In this document: piece by piece, positions 58,933 to 64,000 of the stretch
How positions within the stretch are numbered: the first letter of the stretch is position 1
How the letters are laid out: the number at the start of each line of letters is the position of its first letter
Source of the DNA: Bacilli bacterium
Lineage (GTDB): Bacteria > Bacillota_I > Bacilli_A > RFN20 > CAG-826
Assembly (NCBI GenBank): GCA_040396875.1
Contig: JBBAWZ010000001.1
Location: 110,198 to 174,197 of the forward strand
Reading direction: 5' to 3'
DNA: 64,000 bases
Notes under the pieces: model-generated
Databases searched by the model: none
Told to the model about the DNA's origin: nothing
Seen by the model: only the letters and a program-made list of their open reading frames with translations
Program-made: the position numbers and the translations under genes

Positions 58933-59160
58933 AGGTTCTCCTTAAAAAAAATAAAACGTCCTTGGGACAAGGACGTGGGATTGACGTGGTACCACCTTGC
59001 TTCGTTGTAAACAACGCGCTCATTTGGCCTCGATAACGGGAGGATCCGGTGTTCTTACTTGATTTCAGTTCACCCTCAGAAGGGATATGGATGGGGGTTC
59101 TTCGTTTGCACCGACCACGAAGTCTCTAGTGAAGCATCCATGTGGCTTCTTCAACGGATT
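58933..59160 (-). promoter_or_regulatory. T-box riboswitch leader, isoleucine specifier (AUC)
   Basis: Minus strand has AGAGA and GGTGCAA stem I elements, a specifier-loop GAA-AUC-A (AUC at 59063-59061), the T-box core AAGCAAGGTGGTACCACGTC (58983-59002), the terminator ACGTCCTT-GTCCC-AAGGACGT plus a T run (58944-58976), and TATAAT at 59167-59172. Confidence 0.85.
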
Positions 59161-59194
59161 GATTAAATTATACGCTAAACAAGGAGAAAAGGCG

Positions 59195-60331
59195 TTAAGA
59201 AAATTTCTTACCAGATAAAAATTCTGGCAGTAGATCTTCTTCGTCTTCTTTACTGTTCACTTTAGGTAAAGGTTCTTGAGGTTTTAAAATACCTTGGTCT
59301 GGATCTGGTTTGGAAACAGGATTCGTGGTTTTGGTTAATGGACTTGGAACAGATGTATAGTCGTATTCTTCTGGGAATTGAGCCGCAATGACCGAAACTA
59401 AAATTTGATCGGTTAGTTGGTCATTGATGTTAACACCAAATTTAATATCGAGGTTGGTGCTGGCAATTTCTCGTATGCGATCAACGGTTTCTTGAGCTTC
59501 ATAAAGAGACACAAGGGGTCCACAAGTGACGGCAACGATTGCTTTGGAGGCACCGGTTAAACTGGATTCTAGTAGTGGTGAACTGACAGCACTTTGTGCA
59601 GCTTCAAATGCTTTATTCGGTCCTTGACCTAAGCCAAAACCGATCAACGCTAAACCGGAATTTCTAAGGACGTTTCTCACATCCGCAAAATCAAGGTTAA
59701 TCACCGCAGGCATTAAAATTAAATCCGTTACAGTTTTGACTGAGCGTGCTAGCACATCATCTGCTTGTTTGAACGCTTGACCAATCGGTTGATTACCAGC
59801 CGACATTAATAATTTATCGTTAGAAACGATGATGATTGCATCCACAGCATCTCTTAATTCATTTAATCCTTTTACGGAATTGGCGATTCTACCTTTACCT
59901 TCAAAGGTAAATGGACGCGTGACAATCGCAATCGTTAAGGCTTTGGCTTCACGGGCAATACGCGCAATGACAGGAGCTGCACCGGTTCCAGTACCTCCAC
60001 CCATCCCAGCAGCAATAAACACCATGTTGGCGCCTTTGACAATTTCAGCAATTTCTTCTTTTGATTCTTCTGCAGCAAGTTTACCGACTTCCGGAGAACC
60101 ACCAGCACCTAAACCATGCGTGGTTTTTTCTCCCAAGATTAAACGATTTTTGGCTTGCGATGTTTGCAAGACTTGTTTATCTGTATTGGCAACAAAAAAT
60201 TCAACATGATTCATGTTTTCTGCAATCATGCGATTCACCGCATTGTTGCCCGCTCCTCCAACACCAATGACAATAATCTTGGCTGCTGGTTCACTACTAT
60301 CCACGACAAATTTTTCTCTTCCCATCATCAC
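59195..60331 (-). CDS. ftsZ: cell division protein FtsZ
   Basis: GVGGAGNNAV, GGGTGTGAAP tubulin signature, C-terminal DLLPEFL peptide. Confidence 0.95.
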   Translation of the reverse strand: MMMGREKFVVDSSEPAAKIIVIGVGGAGNNAVNRMIAENMNHVEFFVANTDKQVLQTSQAKNRLILGEKTTHGLGAGGSPEVGKLAAEESKEEIAEIVKGANMVFIAAGMGGGTGTGAAPVIARIAREAKALTIAIVTRPFTFEGKGRIANSVKGLNELRDAVDAIIIVSNDKLLMSAGNQPIGQAFKQADDVLARSVKTVTDLILMPAVINLDFADVRNVLRNSGLALIGFGLGQGPNKAFEAAQSAVSSPLLESSLTGASKAIVAVTCGPLVSLYEAQETVDRIREIASTNLDIKFGVNINDQLTDQILVSVIAAQFPEEYDYTSVPSPLTKTTNPVSKPDPDQGILKPQEPLPKVNSKEDEEDLLPEFLSGKKFS

Positions 60332-60346
60332 ATCCTCTTTTCTTTT

Positions 60347-61570
60347 TTATTCTTCGTCATAATTGACGAAACGGCGTTTTGCCGATGGTGCTTGTCTTTC
60401 TAAACGCGTAAAGATTCTGACATCATCTTCAACTAAGGTATAACGATAACTAAAGCGAAGACCACCGAGTAACGATAAGGTTTGTGTATGTCTAGCCCCA
60501 ACCGTTCGAATATAAGGTTTTTCAACACCTTGACCTTGACCAAGCGGTTTTAATAAAGTGGTGATACCAGGTAAAGCTGCACCCCCACCAACCAAAACAA
60601 ACTTCATATCCGTCAGATCCATGGTTTCTTTATCGACCCGATATTCTTGTAAGGTCATCATCATTTCATCAATAAGGTGATCATAAAATTCTTTAATCAC
60701 TTGATTGAAATTCGATTGACGAATAACGATGCCATTTTGTTGATAAATCATGCCATCAAAAATTTGTTGCCGCGTTTCATAACCAAATTTTTCTTTCAGC
60801 ATTCTTGCTTCTTCAAGGGTAATGCCAAAGCGATTGGCAATGATCGCTGTCAATTGTTCTGAACCGGTTTCTAAAGTTTCAGAACGAATTAATTTATGTT
60901 GGGAAACCAAATTCAAATTGGTTTGGTTTGCACCATGATCAATCAAAACATAGGTTGCTACGAAGTCTTTATATTGGGTTTCGATAATATCTGCGATCCC
61001 TTGGCCATCGAGAATATAACGTTTAACTTTGATGCCGACAGCTTCCATGAGTTGGAGAACGCCTTGGAAAAAGGTCGATAAAATGTATTGGACATAAGCT
61101 TGTAAAACAATATTGGAGGTTTGTTCACCGATGGGAGGATTAATCGAATATTTATCGCCATCAATTTGATAGCTCATCGGGACAATACAAACTTGAGCAA
61201 CGTTGGTGCCAACGAATTCCTTTTGAAACATCGAATGTAAATTGTGAATATCCATTGGATGAATGATGCCATTAGGATCAACAGTATTCGTTCTTTTTTC
61301 TCCGTGGAAAACCTCAAGATGAATGGGAGGAAGCACCACATGAATGGCTTCACATTTCTTTCCAAGATGAATTTCCATATCGCGAATTAATTTCTTAATC
61401 ACTTGTGTTGTCTTATTGGGATCAACAAGTTTATCCTGCATTAAAACGCGATGATATTCCGATTGCATCACATGTAAAATAACAGGGCGAGCGTTGAGCT
61501 CATAACCTGCGAGTAATTTAATGGTACCCGAACCAATTTCTAAGATAAAAACCGGAATGTCTAATGCCAT
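60347..61570 (-). CDS. ftsA: cell division protein FtsA
   Basis: Actin-fold ATPase (FILEIGSGTIK, IDHGANQTN, LVGGGAALPG). ATG 61570 (MALDIPVF) has AAGGAA upstream. The track extension to 61654 overlaps a small ORF in another frame. Confidence 0.85.
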   Translation of the reverse strand: MALDIPVFILEIGSGTIKLLAGYELNARPVILHVMQSEYHRVLMQDKLVDPNKTTQVIKKLIRDMEIHLGKKCEAIHVVLPPIHLEVFHGEKRTNTVDPNGIIHPMDIHNLHSMFQKEFVGTNVAQVCIVPMSYQIDGDKYSINPPIGEQTSNIVLQAYVQYILSTFFQGVLQLMEAVGIKVKRYILDGQGIADIIETQYKDFVATYVLIDHGANQTNLNLVSQHKLIRSETLETGSEQLTAIIANRFGITLEEARMLKEKFGYETRQQIFDGMIYQQNGIVIRQSNFNQVIKEFYDHLIDEMMMTLQEYRVDKETMDLTDMKFVLVGGGAALPGITTLLKPLGQGQGVEKPYIRTVGARHTQTLSLLGGLRFSYRYTLVEDDVRIFTRLERQAPSAKRRFVNYDEE

Positions 61571-61578
61571 AGTTTCCT

Positions 61579-61755
61579 TTATTGAATGATTTGAAATAAA
61601 GGCGTGAATACATAAATGGATAAAATAATAGTAGAAATAAATAACACACTCCATAGCAAGTTTCTTCGGTTTTGAAGCATTAATTTACGTTGTTGTAGTT
61701 CGTTGGTAAAGACTTTTTCTAATGTCTTTGTATTTTGTAAAGAAATGGTATCCAT
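61579..61755 (-). CDS. candidate 58-aa tail-anchored membrane protein in the division cluster
   Basis: Absent from the track. AAGGAG lies 6 nt upstream of ATG 61755. Translation MDTISLQNTKTLEKVFTNELQQRKLMLQNRRNLLWSVLFISTIILSIYVFTPLFQIIQ. Its stop lies 8 nt before the ftsA ATG. Confidence 0.45.
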   Translation of the reverse strand: MDTISLQNTKTLEKVFTNELQQRKLMLQNRRNLLWSVLFISTIILSIYVFTPLFQIIQ

Positions 61756-61767
61756 AGGTTTCTCCTT

Positions 61768-62064
61768 TTATGGGTTATTCATCATCATCAACTTATTGAA
61801 CAATTCACTACCACCAAATATCACGTCCAATTCAGTGGTGTCTTCTGAAGACGATTCTTCTGATACAGAGCTAGTAAGGCTTGACGATGAACTTTCAACC
61901 GTGGTCGAACTAACGGGATTGCTTGAAGCTGTGCTCGCTTGTGCTAACGTAAGCGGCACCACCACAATAATCGTGGCCACCATTAAAGACATCGAAAAAT
62001 AACCTAATCGCCGTAAGCGATAATAGGATGCTTTTCGATGTGTTTTATAGAGTTTACTTTTCAT
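61768..62064 (-). CDS. hypothetical bitopic membrane protein with Ser/Thr-rich acidic ectodomain (occupies the ftsL slot)
   Basis: 98 aa with a basic N-terminus (KSKLYKTHRKASYYRLRRL), a TM helix (FSMSLMVATIIVVVPLTLA), then STASSNPVSSTTVESSSSSLTSSVSEESSSEDTTE. Its ATG overlaps the rsmH stop. Confidence 0.5.
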   Translation of the reverse strand: MKSKLYKTHRKASYYRLRRLGYFSMSLMVATIIVVVPLTLAQASTASSNPVSSTTVESSSSSLTSSVSEESSSEDTTELDVIFGGSELFNKLMMMNNP

Positions 62065-62992
62065 CGATAACCCTTTCTATGATTCTTAAGACTGCACTTT
62101 CTGAACGATGATTGTCTTTGATTTCTTTTTCGGAGGGTAGTATTGGATATGGTTTTATTTTTTCAAATTGTATCGAAGCAACCGGTAGATAACGTTCTGG
62201 CCCATGCCGTTGTCCCTGACTAACGGTTAACTTTTGAAAATATTGTTTAACGATTCGATCTTCACCTGAATGGAAACTTATCACTGCGAGCCGACCATGT
62301 AATCCGAGATAGGTAGATGCTGATTCAAGCACACTTTTTAGAACTTCCACTTCTTGATTGACTGCCATTCTTAATGCTTGGAAGACTTGTTTTGCAGGAT
62401 GACCTTTTTTTGCTAATGCCTTTGCCGGTTTAACTCTTTTGATCAAGTTTACTAACTCGAAGGTTGTCTTGAGTGGTTGGATCACACGTTGGTTAACGAT
62501 GGCTTTGGCAATAGGGAAGGCGAAGGTTTCATCTGCGTATTCTCTAAAGTATTGGGTTAAGGTTCTGATATCCGATGTGGCAAGTAAACTTGCTGCGGTT
62601 GTCGTTTGTCTTTGATCCATTCGCATATCGAGTGGACCATCGAAACGATAACTAAAGCCTCTTTCTGGGACATCAAATTGTGGACTCGACACGCCAAGAT
62701 CTAATAAAATACCATCGACTTTTTCAATGCCTAACTTCTTTAAAACGTCTGGGAAATGTTGGAAGTTCAGATGATGGAGACTTGCACGAGGACGACTACT
62801 TTGCCAACTTTGTAAACTTTCGATGGCCGTGGCATCTTGGTCAAAACCAAGCAAGCGACCGGTCTTTAACTTTTCATAGATTTGACTAGCGTGTCCTCCT
62901 CTCCCTATCGTTAGATCTAGATAGATACCATTGGGGCGAATCTGAAGTCCGTTCACGACTTCCGTTAATAAAACGGATTGATGTTCGTTCAT
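62054..62992 (-). CDS. rsmH: 16S rRNA (cytosine1402-N4)-methyltransferase RsmH/MraW
   Basis: HQSVLLTEV, DLTIGRGGHA, DLGVSSPQFD motifs. Confidence 0.95.
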   Translation of the reverse strand: MNEHQSVLLTEVVNGLQIRPNGIYLDLTIGRGGHASQIYEKLKTGRLLGFDQDATAIESLQSWQSSRPRASLHHLNFQHFPDVLKKLGIEKVDGILLDLGVSSPQFDVPERGFSYRFDGPLDMRMDQRQTTTAASLLATSDIRTLTQYFREYADETFAFPIAKAIVNQRVIQPLKTTFELVNLIKRVKPAKALAKKGHPAKQVFQALRMAVNQEVEVLKSVLESASTYLGLHGRLAVISFHSGEDRIVKQYFQKLTVSQGQRHGPERYLPVASIQFEKIKPYPILPSEKEIKDNHRSESAVLRIIERVIDEK

Positions 62993-63414
62993 TTTTTACT
63001 AAGATTGGCAGCGTGTTCTTCAAATTGAGATGCAGCATCCGATTCATATTGGTCCCATGTTGAAGCATTCCACAATTCGATATGGTCATTCATACCAATA
63101 ATCTTCACATTCTTTTCTAATTTAAATTGTTTCAATGTTTCTTGAGGTAGTTGAATACGGCCATGATCATCAATTGGTAGTTCTATAACAGAAGCTAATG
63201 CAGTTCTTAAATATTGACGGACATTGGATTGATTAAAGTCATACGTGTTCACTTGTTGCACAAGTTGAGCAAACGTTTGTTGGGTAAATAAGGAAATACA
63301 ATGCTCAAATCCACGCATAGCGAATAAGACAGGACCTGATTCCGATCGCATTTTTGAAGGAATCACAAGTCTTCCTTTATCGTCTAATGTGTATTGATAA
63401 CTTCCAAAAAACAT
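62989..63414 (-). CDS. mraZ: division/cell-wall cluster transcriptional regulator MraZ
   Basis: MFFGSYQYTLDDKGRLVIPSKMR aligns with B. subtilis [23 protein letters not shown]. Second DxxGR repeat (IDDHGRIQLP). ATG 63414 is preferred over the track GTG at 63423. Confidence 0.9.
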   Translation of the reverse strand: MFFGSYQYTLDDKGRLVIPSKMRSESGPVLFAMRGFEHCISLFTQQTFAQLVQQVNTYDFNQSNVRQYLRTALASVIELPIDDHGRIQLPQETLKQFKLEKNVKIIGMNDHIELWNASTWDQYESDAASQFEEHAANLSKK

Positions 63415-63417
63415 GTA

Positions 63418-63433
63418 TCCCACTTTCTCCCAC
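63418..63433 (-). promoter_or_regulatory. tandem GTGGGA direct repeats (candidate MraZ operator)
   Basis: Minus strand cATAGTGGGAGAAAGTGGGAtac. Two copies sit at a 10-bp period between TATAAT (63443-63448) and the mraZ ATG. Confidence 0.4.
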
Positions 63434-63456
63434 TATGCCTTTATTATAGAGAGGTT

Positions 63457-63491
63457 CAAAAAAAAAGCAAACAATTTTTACACTGTTTGCT
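63457..63491 (-). terminator. intrinsic terminator after pheT
   Basis: Minus-strand AGCAAACA-GTGTAAAAAT-TGTTTGCT followed by nine T. Confidence 0.85.
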
Positions 63492-63517
63492 AAAGATGAT
63501 AGGTGGCTTAAAAGCGT

Positions 63518-64000
63518 TTAACTTCTTAAACTAATTTGACATTCAGAAACGAGTGCAGATTTAATGGCAGTCAGTGTTTGATTGATTTCTTCTTCTTGAA
63601 GTGTTTTTTGTTCATCCATTAATACCACCCGAATCGCCATTGAAATTTGACCTTTAGGTAATTGTTGACCTTGATAAATATCAAATAGTAGGACTTGATC
63701 AACGAGTTTTTTTCCTGCTTTTTTGACGGTCTTTACAACTTGATTGAAACTGATGGTTTCTGAAATATAAAAGGCAAGATCTCTTGTTACGCTAGGGAAT
63801 CGTGGAATGGCTTTAAATTTAATTGGACTGGTTTTTAATTCGAGTAAGTTGTCTAGATTAACTTGAGCAAGGAAAACAGGTGATTTACCTAAGTCATATG
63901 TTTTTTGGAGATCAGGCAATAATTGACCGATCATCGCCACTTTTTGATTTTGAACCATTAACGATGCGCTTCGACCTGGGTGTAAGACTGCATGTGCTTG
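63518..64000 (-). CDS. pheT: phenylalanine--tRNA ligase beta subunit, C-terminal part (5' end outside the window)
   Basis: The frame stays open to the window edge (..LHPGRSASLMVQNQKVAMIGQL..). C-terminal FDX-ACB domain (PRFPSVTRDLAF ... SMAIRVVLMDEQKTLQEEEI). Confidence 0.85.
   Translation of the reverse strand, partial: QAHAVLHPGRSASLMVQNQKVAMIGQLLPDLQKTYDLGKSPVFLAQVNLDNLLELKTSPIKFKAIPRFPSVTRDLAFYISETISFNQVVKTVKKAGKKLVDQVLLFDIYQGQQLPKGQISMAIRVVLMDEQKTLQEEEINQTLTAIKSALVSECQISLRS

Noticed and set aside
59829-60209. 126-aa + strand ORF inside ftsZ, and similar antisense ORFs at 6421-6771, 6904-7221, 25371-25646, 48200-48517, 53350-53574 and 61703-62002
   Set aside because: All lie fully inside well-supported genes on the opposite strand. 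They have low-complexity or codon-shadow composition (Ser/Pro/Phe-rich) and no Shine-Dalgarno sequence. They are typical shadow ORFs.
61571-61654. Upstream extension of ftsA (MECVIYFYYYFIHLCIHAFISNHSIKET)
   Set aside because: It has an implausible composition and no Shine-Dalgarno sequence, and it overlaps the Shine-Dalgarno-preceded 58-aa ORF. FtsA homology starts at MALDIPVFILEIGSG, with AAGGAA upstream.
1-64000. Mycoplasma-type genetic code (TGA = Trp)
   Set aside because: Conserved genes end at TGA at their expected lengths (ybeY, yqeG, nusB, radC). Conserved Trp residues (for example RpoD YATWWIRQ) use TGG. Standard-code ORFs have full-length orthologous sizes.
1-64000. CRISPR arrays, IS elements, prophage or defence islands, rRNA operons
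   Set aside because: No spaced direct-repeat arrays, transposase or phage-like ORFs, or rRNA-like sequence were seen. The only recombinase is the housekeeping XerD. Intergenic space is almost fully accounted for by leaders, promoters and terminators.

Overview
AT-rich window read with the standard genetic code. TGA is a true stop (ybeY, yqeG, nusB, radC) and conserved Trp residues are TGG. The content is almost entirely core housekeeping genes. Their order closely follows the Bacillus subtilis yqf/yqe, ruv-secDF-relA-hisS-aspS, valS-radC-rplU-obg, tig-lon-engB and mraZ-ftsZ-ileS regions, but all peptidoglycan, mre/min and sporulation genes are missing. mraZ-rsmH runs straight into ftsA-ftsZ. 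This fits a wall-less, standard-code Mollicute (Acholeplasma-like); that assignment is inference only. I call about 60 CDS, including several below the ORF-track cutoff or with corrected starts: rpmG, a 34-aa, two 58-aa and a 98-aa membrane peptide, and new starts for recO, lon, secDF, ftsA, mraZ, radC, xseA and yqeH. I also call one tRNA-Arg(UCU), two T-box leaders (valS with specifier GUC, ileS with AUC), a candidate L21 leader, tandem CIRCE operators on the lon promoter, and several intrinsic terminators and extended -10 promoters. I saw no rRNA, CRISPR, IS or transposase, prophage or recognisable defence system. Main second-look items follow. (1) An unannotated 58-codon ORF between valS and radC has an N-terminus matching every consensus position of a double-glycine bacteriocin/pheromone leader. 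(2) A 28-bp classical dif site lies exactly at the + to - coding-strand switch near 21.25 kb, 1.3 kb from xerD, so the window probably spans the replication terminus. (3) The division cluster is minimal, with two novel small bitopic proteins and GTGGGA repeats at the mraZ promoter. (4) An uncharacterised 296-aa protein is linked to tig-lon. (5) Several genes have a -10 box 6-8 nt from ATG with no Shine-Dalgarno sequence, predicting leaderless mRNAs. (6) Protein-level oddities include a Lys-rich RpoD N-terminus, a NadD-YqeK fusion, an EF-P loop without the modifiable Lys/Arg, a His-rich HisRS tail, and a recO with no canonical start codon. All family calls rest on motifs read from the translations and on remembered synteny. 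No database search was possible.
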